DNA of 64,000 nucleotides from an uncultured Chlorobiota bacterium (GCA_900696645.1 CAADGV010000007.1:195029-259028), one strand, 5' to 3'. Counted from the stretch's first letter, positions 48,138-59,057 are shown. Notes: generated from the letters alone by a model not told the origin. Translations and numbers: made by a program.

Positions 48138-48850
48138 GGATCATTGCTTCGGTTGGCATTCTGTCAACACTCATATCACCTTCATTCTCCCAAAATGACA
48201 ACGACAGGAATTCAGTGAATCAGCAGTCCCGAACATTTCTCGCCCTCGGCGATTCATACACAATCGGCGAGGCAGTTGCAGAAACCGAACGCTGGCCCAT
48301 GCAACTCGCTTCGATTCTTAGGAAGCGAACTATCTCCATTGACGATCCCGTGATCATTGCGCGCACAGGCTGGACGACGGATGAACTGAACGCTGCAATT
48401 GATGCAAGTAATATTCGCGGTCCGTTTGATCTCGTGACGTTGCTTATAGGTGTCAACAATCAATACCGTGGCAGAAGTGCCGATGAGTACCGGGTTGAAT
48501 TCAAGCAACTATTGCAGCGTGCAATCCACTTTGCAGGCGGTGCAGCATCTCATGTTATCGTCGTGTCAATTCCGGACTGGGGTGTAATGCCGTTTGCAGA
48601 AGGAAGGGACCGCAAGAAGATTGCGAAAGAGATCGATATGTTTAATGCTGTGAATTGGGAAGAATCCGTTCGGGCCCGAACTCAGTACGTTGACATTACT
48701 CCAATCTCCCGAGAAGTTGAACGGTATCCCGAACTCATCGCGTCCGATGGACTTCATCCTTCGGGTGTTCAGTACAAGTATTGGGGAGAACTTATCGAGC
48801 CGAAGGCATGTACGGCTCTCGGTATCGAGACAGAAAAGGAGAAGAAATGA
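48134..48850 (+). CDS. SGNH/GDSL hydrolase (secreted)
   Basis: LALGDSYT, IGVNNQ, DGLHPS; N-terminal signal peptide. Confidence 0.9.
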   Translation: MRIIASVGILSTLISPSFSQNDNDRNSVNQQSRTFLALGDSYTIGEAVAETERWPMQLASILRKRTISIDDPVIIARTGWTTDELNAAIDASNIRGPFDLVTLLIGVNNQYRGRSADEYRVEFKQLLQRAIHFAGGAASHVIVVSIPDWGVMPFAEGRDRKKIAKEIDMFNAVNWEESVRARTQYVDITPISREVERYPELIASDGLHPSGVQYKYWGELIEPKACTALGIETEKEKK

Positions 48851-49191
48851 AGAGTCCCATCACAACACATATTCTTGATACTGCACTGGGAAAACCTGCC
48901 GAAGGCATACCGATCGTGTTGGAGATGAAACAAGCGGATGGTGCATGGAACGAACTTGGCCGCGGCGTCTCAAACAGCGACGGACGGGTTTCGGATTTGC
49001 TGCCGGAGAATTTTCATCTTGCCGTCGGAATCTACCGGATTACGTTCCTGACAGCCGAGTATTTCAGGCTCATGAACCGGGATAGCTTCTACCCGAGAGT
49101 CGTTGTCGAGTTTGCAGTAAAGAATGGAAGCCACTACCATGTGCCGTTGCTCTTAAGTCCGTTCGGGTACTCGACATACCGTGGGAGTTGA
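48847..49191 (+). CDS. uraH: 5-hydroxyisourate hydrolase
   Basis: ITTHILD, DGR and HYHVPLLLSPFGYSTYRGS; ATGA overlap with the SGNH stop. Confidence 0.96.
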   Translation: MKSPITTHILDTALGKPAEGIPIVLEMKQADGAWNELGRGVSNSDGRVSDLLPENFHLAVGIYRITFLTAEYFRLMNRDSFYPRVVVEFAVKNGSHYHVPLLLSPFGYSTYRGS

Positions 49192-49208
49192 AGGCGCAGA
49201 GACAATCT

Positions 49209-51581
49209 CTATTGTGTAGGCGCTTCGCCCGGTGGGTTCTCCCGCATTCTTTTCTTCAGATCCTCTGTTGCAAGTACAATTACTTCGTTCGTCGCGGGCA
49301 GCGAAAACGAAGGCTCGAAAGCGTGGTTCGCAACAGCAGAAACGGCATCCTTGATCGCCAGCCATGTCGAAAGTGCCAGCATGAACGGCGGCTCGGCAAC
49401 TGCTTTACTTCTGCGTATGGTATCAGGGTTGGGAACATTCTGAAGCAAATGAACCCTGAAATCCTTCGGAATATCCTGCACTGAAGGGATTTTGTAGGTA
49501 TCAGGCGAATGCGTCAGCAAGTTCCCCTTGTCGTCCCACTTGATTTCCTCCGTTGTCACCCAGCCGTTTCCTTGAATGTATCCGCCTTCCACTTGGCCGA
49601 GGTCGATTTGCGGGTTGAGAGAATCGCCGACATCGTGCAGAATATCTGTTCGTAGAATCGTATGGTGGCCGGTGAGCGTATCAACCAACACCTCTGTGCA
49701 TGCCATTCCAAACGCGTAGTAATGGAAAGGTTTGCCCCATCCCTTTGTCTTATCCCACCCGATGTCGGGTGTTTTGTAAAAACCGGTTGCGCTGAGACTC
49801 ACTTGGCGGAGGTTCATCAACGGCATTGCATCGGCAAACGAAATCCGTCGGGCTGGGTGTTCGATATCGACGATCGAATCATTTTCAAAGTGTACTGAAT
49901 GCTGTGCTGTTGACGTATCGGGATTCTGTTCCGACCAGTATTGTGCGAGAGATTCAGCAATGCGGGATTTCAATGTATCGACCGCATTCTTTACTGCCAT
50001 GCCGTTCAGATCGGCTCCGGCCGACGCGGCCGTTGCAGATGTGTTCGGCACTTTCGAGGTATTGGTCGCGTTCACTTTCACTTTATCGAGATTGACGCCG
50101 AACTCAGCGGCTGCAACTTGTTGCATTTTCGTGTGCAGACCCTGGCCCATTTCCGTTCCGCCGTGGTTGACGAGTATCGTCCCGTCTTTGTAGATGTTGA
50201 CAAGCGCCCCTGCTTGATTGAGAAACGTTGTTGTGAAGGAAATGCCGAATTTTACGGGGGTCAGGGCCATGCCCTTCTTCAGAAACTCGCTTGAGTTGTT
50301 GAACGCGGCAATCGCCTTCCGGCGCTCATCATATTCCGATGATGCAACAAGCTGCTCGTAGATGATGTGAAGACGGTTGTGTTCAACCGTCTCGCCGTAA
50401 TGCGTCACGTTCCGCGAATCGATTCCGTAGAAATTCTTGTGCCTGATTTCGAGGGGGTCTTGATGCAGGAATCGGGCAACTCTGTCGATTACATGTTCAA
50501 TCAACGCCATGCCCTGAGGGCCGCCGAATCCGCGGAATGCTGTATTGGACGGAAGGTTTGTCTTGCAGACACGGGCCAGCACACTGACATTCGGGATATA
50601 ATACGCATTGTCGGCATGCAGCATCGCCCGCTCCAGAATGGCAAACGAAAGATCCGCTGCGCAGCCGCCGTCGCTGTTCAGCTCGAATGTGGCTGCAAGC
50701 AGATTTCCTTCATCATCAAATCCAACTTCATACCTCGAAAGGAACCGATGTCGTTTTCCCGTCATCTTCATATCATCATCACGGAAGAGCCGAATCTTCA
50801 CCGGACGCCGCGTTGCATTACAGAGAAGCGCGGTCCAGCACGCGGTGTGGTTTGCCTGGGTCTCTTTCCCGCCAAATGCTCCTCCCATGCGGCGAATCTC
50901 AACAACCACCTCGTTCTTGGGAATGCCGAGAACCTCAGCAATCAGTGCCTGGGTTTCAGAGGGATGTTGAGTTGACGAGAAGACGTTCATCTCTCGCCCT
51001 TCGCCCAAAATGCAGAGACAGACCTGCGATTCGAGATACCAATGTTCTTGTGCTCCGGTTCGTAGTTCTCCCTTTATGCGATGTTGAGCTTTTTGCAACT
51101 CTTGGTCGGGATTGCCTCGCTGCATTGTTCGGGAAGGGCCGAGAAAACTATTCTGTGCAATCGCCTCGTCGATTGTGAGGATTGTAGGAAGATGTTCGTA
51201 CTCAATCCGGATTAGTCGTTCGGCTTCGCGTGCCTGATCCTCAGTTTCAGCTGCAATCAGAAACATCGCTTGGCCGACGCAAACGACTTCATTTTCGGCA
51301 AGGCACACTTCATCCTTGACGACCGGTCCCATCTGATTGTGTCCGGGAATATCCTTGTACGAAAGAACGGCATGAACTCCGGGAACACATCTCGCAGCCG
51401 AAAGGTCGAATGACTTGATTCGTGCATGCGCATGCGGCGAATACACGACTCTTCCAACAAGAAGCTGCCTGTTGACGAGAATATCGTCAACATAAACAGC
51501 TTCACCGGTGACGTGCTTCGAAGCAGATTCGTGTGGCACGGCTTGCTTTACAGGTTTATTGTGGCTTTTATGCGGCGGCAC
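49209..51581 (-). CDS. xdhB: Xanthine dehydrogenase molybdopterin-binding subunit
   Basis: HVTGEAVYVDD, QEHWYLE, RMGGAFGGKE, AFRGFGGPQG, GGTEMGQGL, SKAVAEPP; GTG start inferred, overlapping the xdhA end. Confidence 0.95.
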   Translation of the reverse strand: MPPHKSHNKPVKQAVPHESASKHVTGEAVYVDDILVNRQLLVGRVVYSPHAHARIKSFDLSAARCVPGVHAVLSYKDIPGHNQMGPVVKDEVCLAENEVVCVGQAMFLIAAETEDQAREAERLIRIEYEHLPTILTIDEAIAQNSFLGPSRTMQRGNPDQELQKAQHRIKGELRTGAQEHWYLESQVCLCILGEGREMNVFSSTQHPSETQALIAEVLGIPKNEVVVEIRRMGGAFGGKETQANHTACWTALLCNATRRPVKIRLFRDDDMKMTGKRHRFLSRYEVGFDDEGNLLAATFELNSDGGCAADLSFAILERAMLHADNAYYIPNVSVLARVCKTNLPSNTAFRGFGGPQGMALIEHVIDRVARFLHQDPLEIRHKNFYGIDSRNVTHYGETVEHNRLHIIYEQLVASSEYDERRKAIAAFNNSSEFLKKGMALTPVKFGISFTTTFLNQAGALVNIYKDGTILVNHGGTEMGQGLHTKMQQVAAAEFGVNLDKVKVNATNTSKVPNTSATAASAGADLNGMAVKNAVDTLKSRIAESLAQYWSEQNPDTSTAQHSVHFENDSIVDIEHPARRISFADAMPLMNLRQVSLSATGFYKTPDIGWDKTKGWGKPFHYYAFGMACTEVLVDTLTGHHTILRTDILHDVGDSLNPQIDLGQVEGGYIQGNGWVTTEEIKWDDKGNLLTHSPDTYKIPSVQDIPKDFRVHLLQNVPNPDTIRRSKAVAEPPFMLALSTWLAIKDAVSAVANHAFEPSFSLPATNEVIVLATEDLKKRMRENPPGEAPTQ

Positions 51582-53025
51582 CGTTCGTTTCCTTCCTGGT
51601 ATCATCCCAGAATTTCAGCAGCAGATTTCGGGCAACAATACGACGAAACTCTTTGCTGCCCCGTGCGTCCGAAATGGGATTGAAATCGTTGTCAATTAAA
51701 GGCATTGTTGCCTCTATCGTTTCCCGTGTCCACGGTTTTCCTTGCAGGAATGCTTCCGCGCTTGATGAACGTTTCACACGTTCCGCCATACCCCCGTACA
51801 CCAGCATGGCATTCTGAATTTGATTCGTGTCGTTAATGTCAATTCGAAATCCAGCGCTGACGGTGGAAATGTCAAGATCTTTTCGTTTAGACACTTTGTA
51901 CCACTTCACGACGCTACGTTGTTTTGGTTTTGGAAGAATAATCTCCACAATCAACTCGTCGGGTTTACGGACGGTTTTTCTGTAGCCTGTAACGAATTGG
52001 TCCAGTTCCACTTCCCGTCGTCCAGACACACGTTCCAAAACAACACGGGCGTTGTACGGAATCAGCGCCGACAGCGTGTCTCCGATAGGGGATGCAGAAC
52101 CGATGTTCCCCCCGAGAGTTGCGAGATTTCTGATTTGAAGCGAGCCGAAGACTGCGAACATGTCGGCAAGGGCCGGGAAGTCTGCTTCAACAGCGGACCA
52201 CACTTCGTTGAGAACAACACCCGATCCGATGGAAAGCGATTCGCTATGATTGCGAATCGTATGCAGTTCATCAACCAGCGAAACGTCCAGCAATTGCCTC
52301 AACTGCTCATGATTCTTTGTCACTCGCAGCGCCACATCCGTTGAGCCGCCAATAATAATTGCTTTGGGGTGTTGGTGTTTCAACGTGAGTGCCTCAAGCA
52401 GAGTGCGAGGTTGAAAGTAAGTGTGATTGCTTGTCTGAATGAGGGCGGAATGCCGCGGAATGCTTTGCAGCAATCCGGCGATTCGTATTTCATCATTTGA
52501 CGAAGAATCAATTCCCTGATGAATGCAGGAACGGGCTGCAGCCTCCACTATCGGTTTGTAGCCTGTACAACGGCAGAGATTTCCGGTAAGGGCGTCATCA
52601 ATAACATTCCGGTCGGGATGGTCATGATTCTTGTACAACGCAAACAACGACATGACAATACCCGGCGTACAGTAACCGCACTGGCTCCCTCCGGTGTCAA
52701 CCATAGCTTGTTGCACAGGATGCAATGCGGCTTCAGTCTTCAGATTCTCAACGGTAATCAGTTGCTTTCCGTGAATCATCGGCAGGAACACAAGGCATGA
52801 ATCCACCGCTTTGTAGCGGATCGTATTGCCTGCATCGAGTTCGCCAAGGACAACAGTACATGCGCCACAATCGCCTTCAGCGCAACCTTCTTTCGCGCCT
52901 TTATGTGTTGGCAGTGAACGAAGGTAGTTCAGAACAGTTGTTGTTGGAGTGACAGACGGCTTGGAAAAATCTTCGGTAACAACCTTGCCATCAAGTACAA
53001 ATGAAATGGACGAACGCATCGTCAT
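51568..53025 (-). CDS. xdhA: Xanthine dehydrogenase small subunit (2Fe-2S + FAD)
   Basis: KEGCAEGDCGACTV, QCGYCTPG, GNLCRCTGY, QIRNLATLGGN. Confidence 0.95.
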   Translation of the reverse strand: MTMRSSISFVLDGKVVTEDFSKPSVTPTTTVLNYLRSLPTHKGAKEGCAEGDCGACTVVLGELDAGNTIRYKAVDSCLVFLPMIHGKQLITVENLKTEAALHPVQQAMVDTGGSQCGYCTPGIVMSLFALYKNHDHPDRNVIDDALTGNLCRCTGYKPIVEAAARSCIHQGIDSSSNDEIRIAGLLQSIPRHSALIQTSNHTYFQPRTLLEALTLKHQHPKAIIIGGSTDVALRVTKNHEQLRQLLDVSLVDELHTIRNHSESLSIGSGVVLNEVWSAVEADFPALADMFAVFGSLQIRNLATLGGNIGSASPIGDTLSALIPYNARVVLERVSGRREVELDQFVTGYRKTVRKPDELIVEIILPKPKQRSVVKWYKVSKRKDLDISTVSAGFRIDINDTNQIQNAMLVYGGMAERVKRSSSAEAFLQGKPWTRETIEATMPLIDNDFNPISDARGSKEFRRIVARNLLLKFWDDTRKETNGAAA

Positions 53026-53138
53026 TCCTCATGGAAGGTTTTCACTGTTGGTGGTGGGAAATCATCAAGATTCTAATGGAAACTAAACAAAATCCTCGTT
53101 ACTATCAAATAGCCAGGAATCGAGTCATTCCCATCCTC

Positions 53139-54110
53139 ATGAGAGAAAGAGAAATCTGGACATTCATCAACACGAGCTTGAGTAATCACATTTCGGTGAT
53201 GCTCTTGATTGTTGTCGAAAGTCATGGTTCGTCCCCCGGCCGGGCGGGATTCAAGATGGCCGTTGCTGCCAACGGGGAACGACGCGGAACAATCGGCGGC
53301 GGCATGATGGAGCTTGACTTGATTGAAGAGTCGCGGCAGCGATTAGCTGTCGGCAACTCGGCTTCATCAGTTCGGCAGCTTTTCCATTCGAAGCAGACAA
53401 TTCACGAGTCTTCAGGACTTATCTGCTCAGGATCGCAAACGGTTCTTCTCAAGCCGTTGTCGCGCGACAATCTCGGGACTGTCGGTGAAATCGTTCACAC
53501 CTTCGAGAAACACGACTGTGCAAACCTGACGATTACGCCTTTGGAGTTCGAGTTTCACAACAAGAAAAGGAGTGGGCCGGACACGGTATTCTCTTTTGCG
53601 AATGAGAAGAAGTGGCAATATGAGGAGAATATTGGTATTCTTGATACGGTTTTTATTGTGGGAAGCGGCCATGTCGGGCTTGCCCTTTCGCGCATCATGG
53701 CGACGCTCGACTTCCGGGTGATTGTGATCGACAACAGAGCCGATGCGCCGACATTTGCTTCAAACAATTACGCCCACCGGAAAGTGCATTGCGGTTATGA
53801 TCAGGTTGGATCGCTGATCTCCGGAACGGGCCGGGAGTACGTTGCTGTTGTGACAACAGCGTACAAGTCCGACGAAGCTGCGCTGAAAAGTATTCTTGGC
53901 AAAAGACTTCGGTATATCGGTTTGATGGGAAGCGCTGCGAAAACAAAGCAAGTCTTTGAAGATCTGACATCTGAGGGAATCTCTGATGATCAGTTGCGCC
54001 GCATTAGAAATCCTATCGGCATTCCAATAGAAAGTCACACACCCGAGGAGATCGCCATTAGTATTGCTGCAGAGATTATCAAAACAAAGAATCAGATGTT
54101 GAATGACTGA
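53139..54110 (+). CDS. xdhC: XdhC/CoxI accessory protein
   Basis: GSSPGRAG, GTIGGG, GSGHVG, YIGLMGS, PIG...PEEIAISIAAE. Confidence 0.92.
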   Translation: MREREIWTFINTSLSNHISVMLLIVVESHGSSPGRAGFKMAVAANGERRGTIGGGMMELDLIEESRQRLAVGNSASSVRQLFHSKQTIHESSGLICSGSQTVLLKPLSRDNLGTVGEIVHTFEKHDCANLTITPLEFEFHNKKRSGPDTVFSFANEKKWQYEENIGILDTVFIVGSGHVGLALSRIMATLDFRVIVIDNRADAPTFASNNYAHRKVHCGYDQVGSLISGTGREYVAVVTTAYKSDEAALKSILGKRLRYIGLMGSAAKTKQVFEDLTSEGISDDQLRRIRNPIGIPIESHTPEEIAISIAAEIIKTKNQMLND

Positions 54111-55170
54111 GTTCCTCGAGAACTTCCCTCTTGCCAATCTTACCACGTTCAAACTTGGAGGGAATGCCCGGTATTTTACTGAGTGCAGGAATACTGACGG
54201 GATGCTCGATGCAATTCGTTTTGCAGAATCAAAAAACATTCGGTATCACATTCTCGGCGGCGGAAGCAACACGATTTTTTCTGATGACGGCTTTGACGGG
54301 CTTGTACTGAAAATTGCATCGCGAGGAATTCAGTTTGTTCGTGAACCGGATGGCGTTATGATTGTTGCTGCAGCAGGCGAACAGTGGGATGATGTTGTCA
54401 AGTTCTGCATCAGATCGGGGCTGGGGGGTGTGGAATGTCTTTCCGGTATTCCCGGACTTGTCGGGGCAACGCCGATTCAGAATGTTGGAGCATACGGGCA
54501 GGAGGTTGCAGAGACGATTCTGGAAGTGAAAGCGATTGATCTCCTTACATTGCGTACAGTCCGCTTCAGAAACAGCGAGTGCAGATTCGGGTATCGCAGG
54601 AGTCGCTTTAATCAGGAGGATACCGGCAAGTTCATTATCACAGAAGTGGCGTTCAAGCTCAATACTGTAGTTCAACCGGAAATACGCTACCCGGAATTGC
54701 GGAGCTTCATCGCATCATCCATTGAAATGGAGAAGCTTGCGAGCGAAGCAGAAAAGCTTGAGGCTGTACGAAATGGCGTGCTTGCTCTTCGCAGAAAAAA
54801 ATCAATGGTCATTGATGAATCGGACCCCAATTCACAATCGGCAGGCTCATTTTTCAAGAACCCGGTTCTCACACAGGACAAGTTCGATCATCTTCTGGAC
54901 CTGTGCAGAAAGAATGGGATTGAAGACTCACCGCCGACTTTTCCCTCAGGCGAAGGTGTAAAGGTTCCTGCGGCATGGTTGCTTGAGAAGGCAGGCTTTC
55001 ACAAAGGATTCAGAAAGGGAGGCGTCGGCGTTTCTGCAAATCACGCGCTTGCGCTTGTGAATTACGGCGGCACAACAAGAGAGCTGCTGTTACTTGCAGA
55101 AGAAATTCAATCTGCCATCGTTCAACAATTCGGAATCCTGTTGGAGCGGGAACCTGTTCTTGTTCAGTAA
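54103..55170 (+). CDS. murB: UDP-N-acetylenolpyruvoylglucosamine reductase
   Basis: LGGGSN, GIPGLVGATPIQNVGAYG, FGYRRS, SAGSFFKNP, HALALVN. Confidence 0.96.
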   Translation: MTEFLENFPLANLTTFKLGGNARYFTECRNTDGMLDAIRFAESKNIRYHILGGGSNTIFSDDGFDGLVLKIASRGIQFVREPDGVMIVAAAGEQWDDVVKFCIRSGLGGVECLSGIPGLVGATPIQNVGAYGQEVAETILEVKAIDLLTLRTVRFRNSECRFGYRRSRFNQEDTGKFIITEVAFKLNTVVQPEIRYPELRSFIASSIEMEKLASEAEKLEAVRNGVLALRRKKSMVIDESDPNSQSAGSFFKNPVLTQDKFDHLLDLCRKNGIEDSPPTFPSGEGVKVPAAWLLEKAGFHKGFRKGGVGVSANHALALVNYGGTTRELLLLAEEIQSAIVQQFGILLEREPVLVQ

Positions 55171-55187
55171 AAACAAATGGAGCGCAA

Positions 55188-56765
55188 ATGAAATCCCTTA
55201 AGTTTCTCGTACTCGCAGTATCGTTTGTTCTTTCAGCCTGCAGTGTCAGTGTGCGGACAGGCGCAGACAAGGCAGCAGAGGCGGCAAAGCTTTCTGCAAG
55301 CAGCGACATTGTTGAACTTACATTTCTCCAACTGAATGATGTGTACGAAATTGCGCCGGTTGAAAACGGCAAGTATGGCGGCATGGCGCGTGTTGCTGCT
55401 GTGCGGCAGAATCTGCTGAAGGAAAATCCCAATATCTTCACTGTACTGGCCGGTGATTTCATCAGCCCCTCGGCGATCGGCACTGCGACGTTTGAGGGAA
55501 AGCGCATCAATGGGGCTCAGATGATCGATGCGATGAATAGTGTTGGTGTTGACTTCGTTACGTTCGGCAATCACGAATTTGATCTCGGCTACGAAGTGTT
55601 GCAGGATCGTATCAACCAATCAAAGTTCATGTGGATTTCATCCAATATCCAGTACACACCGTCGCAGGAAGGATTTGTTGCGCCATTCGAAAAAGTAGTG
55701 AACGGCGTTGCACACCCCCTGCCGGAGTCCCACATCATTCGGGCAAAGAACAGTGCAGGGATGGAAGTCCGCGTTGGTATCTTCGGCTTGACGATTGGAA
55801 GCAATCAGCCTCCGTACGTTGTCTGGACCGATCCTTTCGAGTCCGCACAACGGGTCTATGCCGATCTCAAAACCAAAACCGATATTGTTATTGCCCTCAC
55901 TCATCTTTCAATCGAAGAAGACAGACGACTTGCGGAGTTGATTCCCGACCTGAAGCTTATCCTTGGCGGACATGAACATACAAATATGATGTTCAAGGTA
56001 GGCGAGACGATCATCTCAAAGGCCGATGCAAATGCACGGACAGTGTACATCCATCGCTTGCGCTGGTCGGCTTCGACGAAATCGCTTTCGATTCTTTCGG
56101 AAGTGAGGACTATCGACAGCACAATCCCTGATGAACTGTCAACGGCAAACATTGTGAACGAGTGGACGGCAAGAGCGTATAAGGGATTTCAGGAAAGAGG
56201 ATTTGATCCTGCTGAAGTTGTGACGACGCTTCGTGAACCGCTTGACGGACGGGAAAGTTCAATCCGTTATCGTCAAACAAATCTCGGCTCGCTCGTTGCG
56301 CAATCGATGCGTGCATCGGCATCGAAGTCAGGCATTGCAATCTTCAACAGCGGATCAATTCGTCTCGACGATCAGCTTGCGGGAACAGTGACACAATACG
56401 ACATCATTCGTACACTTCCTTTCGGTGGCAAGCTCGTTGAAGTCGAGATGAAAGGCAGCTTGCTGAAACGGGTTCTCGATGCGGGTCAGAAGAACGTCGG
56501 CAGGGGTGGATTCCTGCAATACGACGGAGTTGCTTTTGACACAACGAAACGCGCCTGGGTTATTGATGGAAAGGCAGTTGACATGAATGCCCGTTATTGG
56601 GTCATCGTGTCCGATTTTCTCTTTTCCGGGAGGGAGACAGGAATTGAGTTTTTCCACAAGGATGATCGGGATGTCGTTTCGGTTGCAGAGCATAATCCTT
56701 CCAACGCTAACGACTTGAGGAAGGATATTCGTCTGGCTGTAATTGCTTTCCTGAAGAGCAATTGA
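55188..56765 (+). CDS. 5'-nucleotidase/UDP-sugar hydrolase family lipoprotein
   Basis: Lipobox VLSAC; NDVYE, AGD, GNHEFD, GGHEH, NSGSIR, LPFG. Confidence 0.9.
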   Translation: MKSLKFLVLAVSFVLSACSVSVRTGADKAAEAAKLSASSDIVELTFLQLNDVYEIAPVENGKYGGMARVAAVRQNLLKENPNIFTVLAGDFISPSAIGTATFEGKRINGAQMIDAMNSVGVDFVTFGNHEFDLGYEVLQDRINQSKFMWISSNIQYTPSQEGFVAPFEKVVNGVAHPLPESHIIRAKNSAGMEVRVGIFGLTIGSNQPPYVVWTDPFESAQRVYADLKTKTDIVIALTHLSIEEDRRLAELIPDLKLILGGHEHTNMMFKVGETIISKADANARTVYIHRLRWSASTKSLSILSEVRTIDSTIPDELSTANIVNEWTARAYKGFQERGFDPAEVVTTLREPLDGRESSIRYRQTNLGSLVAQSMRASASKSGIAIFNSGSIRLDDQLAGTVTQYDIIRTLPFGGKLVEVEMKGSLLKRVLDAGQKNVGRGGFLQYDGVAFDTTKRAWVIDGKAVDMNARYWVIVSDFLFSGRETGIEFFHKDDRDVVSVAEHNPSNANDLRKDIRLAVIAFLKSN

Positions 56766-56880
56766 TTTTGCGGACTGCGTGCAGAATTCCGGGTCAACTT
56801 TTCCTCCGGTTCTACGTATCAGAGGTCGGTCACATTTCATCTCGTTTGCCAATTCACATCACACATAAAAGGAACACATC

Positions 56881-58929
56881 ATGAAGTACACGCCTTCGGC
56901 GCGACGCCGGATAGGAATGCTCGTAACATCTTTCGTCGTAATAGGTTCGCTTCACGCCCAATCCGGTTACAATCAAACCAAACCGCTCGATCCCGCAAAT
57001 ATGGATACGAGTGTCCCGGCGTGCACGGATTTCTACCGCTACGCCAACGGCGGTTGGGTTGACAAGAATCCTGTTCCGGCTGCATACAGCAACTGGGGGA
57101 GTTTCAGCGAGCTAACGGTTCGCAATGACGAGATGCTTCATTCCATCCTTGAATCAAAAGCAAAGAAAGATGCCCCGAGGGGAACATCTTACCAGCTTGT
57201 GGGAGATTTCTATTCAAGCGGCATGGATTCCGCGGGAGCTGAGGCATCGGGTGTCACGCCGTTGCAGGAGGAATTCAGAAGGGTTGAAGCAATCAAGAAT
57301 CTCTCCGATCTCCAAAAAGTGATTGCGCATTTTCATCTCTCCATCGGCAATCCCCTTTTCATGATTTCGTCACAACAGGATTTCAAGAACAGTGAAGAAG
57401 TCATTGCCAGCATCGATCAAGCGGGATTGACATTGCCCGATCGTGACTTTTACGTGAAGGATGATGATCGTTACAAGAATATCCGGCAGGAATATCACAA
57501 CTACATGGTGAAGATTTTCAGCATGCTCGGTGACAAGCAGGCAGCGGCAGAGGCGAATGCGAAGGCTGTAATGAATATCGAAACACGTCTTGCGAACGCA
57601 TCGATGACGCGGGTAGAGTTACGTGACCCTTCAAAGGTATACAACAGAATGGCCGTCAGTGATCTGAAAAAGCTTGTTCCTTCCTTTGGCTGGGATGTGT
57701 ACCTGAAGGATGTGAATCTGCGGAACGTGACATCGCTGAACATTGCACAGCCGGAATTCGTGAAGGAAGTCAACGCAATGCTGAAATCCGTTTCGATCAA
57801 GGACTGGAAAACATATCTTCGCTGGCATTTGATTGACAATGTTGCGCAGTACCTCAACAGTGACTATGTGAATGCCCACTTTGCTTTCCACGGCACTGTG
57901 CTGAACGGGCAAAAAGAACTTCAGCCACGGTGGCGACGGGTTCTTCGAACGATTGACAGAACAGTTGGCGATGCGCTTGGCCAATTATACACCGCAAAGA
58001 CATTCAGGCCGGAGGCAAAGGCCCGGGCATTAGAAATGGTTCACAACCTTCAGGCGGCATTCCGTGAACGCCTTCAGTCGCTGGATTGGATGAGTGATGC
58101 TACAAGAACGAAGGCGCTTGAAAAGCTTGATTCGTTTGTTCCGAAGATCGGCTATACTGATAAATGGAAGACGTACGACGGATTGAAGATCGACAACGGA
58201 GCGTACGTGCTGAACGTGCATCGGGCAAACGAATTCGAAACACGCCGGCAGCTTGAAAAAATCGGCAAGCCCGTTGACCGGACGGAATGGTTCATGACTC
58301 CCTCAACTGTGAACGCGTATTACAATCCGCTGCTGAACGAGATTGTGTTTCCCGCGGGAATTCTCCAGCCGCCGTTTTTCGATCCCAATGCAGATGATGC
58401 CGTAAACTATGGCGGCATGGGTGCAGTGATCGGGCATGAAATTACCCACGGCTTTGACGATCAGGGCCGGCAATTTGACGCAAAAGGCAATCTCTCGGAT
58501 TGGTGGACTGAGGAAGATGCTACACGATTTATCGAGCGTGCAAACATTGTGGAAACGCAATTCAATCAGTATGTGGCAATTGACACACTGAGAGTGAACG
58601 GAAAACTGACGCTGGGAGAAAATATTGCCGATCTCGGCGGACTTGCAATTGCATATCATGCTTTCAAGAAGGCGCAACAGGGCAAAACGACCGGGAAGAT
58701 TGAAGGGTTCACCCCGGAACAGCGTTTCTTCCTTGCGTGGGCCCAAATGTGGCGCCGGAACTATACCCCGGCGAATCTCAAGCAGCGTCTTGTCACAGAT
58801 CCGCATTCTCCGAGCGTCTTCCGGGCAAACGGCCCGATTGCGAACATGCCGCAGTTCTTCGAAGCGTTCGGCTGCAAGGATGGCGACTCGATGGTGCGCC
58901 TCGCCGACAAACAAGTCAAGATCTGGTAG
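56881..58929 (+). CDS. M13-family metallopeptidase (PepO/neprilysin-like)
   Basis: DFYRYANGGW, VNAYY, GHEITHGFDDQG, GENIAD, DPHSP; signal peptide. Confidence 0.96.
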   Translation: MKYTPSARRRIGMLVTSFVVIGSLHAQSGYNQTKPLDPANMDTSVPACTDFYRYANGGWVDKNPVPAAYSNWGSFSELTVRNDEMLHSILESKAKKDAPRGTSYQLVGDFYSSGMDSAGAEASGVTPLQEEFRRVEAIKNLSDLQKVIAHFHLSIGNPLFMISSQQDFKNSEEVIASIDQAGLTLPDRDFYVKDDDRYKNIRQEYHNYMVKIFSMLGDKQAAAEANAKAVMNIETRLANASMTRVELRDPSKVYNRMAVSDLKKLVPSFGWDVYLKDVNLRNVTSLNIAQPEFVKEVNAMLKSVSIKDWKTYLRWHLIDNVAQYLNSDYVNAHFAFHGTVLNGQKELQPRWRRVLRTIDRTVGDALGQLYTAKTFRPEAKARALEMVHNLQAAFRERLQSLDWMSDATRTKALEKLDSFVPKIGYTDKWKTYDGLKIDNGAYVLNVHRANEFETRRQLEKIGKPVDRTEWFMTPSTVNAYYNPLLNEIVFPAGILQPPFFDPNADDAVNYGGMGAVIGHEITHGFDDQGRQFDAKGNLSDWWTEEDATRFIERANIVETQFNQYVAIDTLRVNGKLTLGENIADLGGLAIAYHAFKKAQQGKTTGKIEGFTPEQRFFLAWAQMWRRNYTPANLKQRLVTDPHSPSVFRANGPIANMPQFFEAFGCKDGDSMVRLADKQVKIW

Positions 58930-58953
58930 AACTCGAACCGCAAGCAAAAGCGC

Positions 58954-58991
58954 AATCCCGATTGACGGATGTTGATCGGGATTTTTTATTT
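58954..58991 (+). terminator. Intrinsic terminator
   Basis: aatcccgattgac / gttgatcgggatt stem followed by a T-tract. Confidence 0.85.
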
Positions 58992-58993
58992 GA

Positions 58994-59022
58994 TTGAGAC
59001 TGAGACATGAATCAGATATATT
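58994..59022 (+). promoter_or_regulatory. Sigma70 promoter for the MOSC operon
   Basis: TTGAGA-17 nt-TATATT. Confidence 0.6.
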
Positions 59023-59057
59023 GTCAACGTTTGTAGTACTGTCTTCCTGCATTGTCA

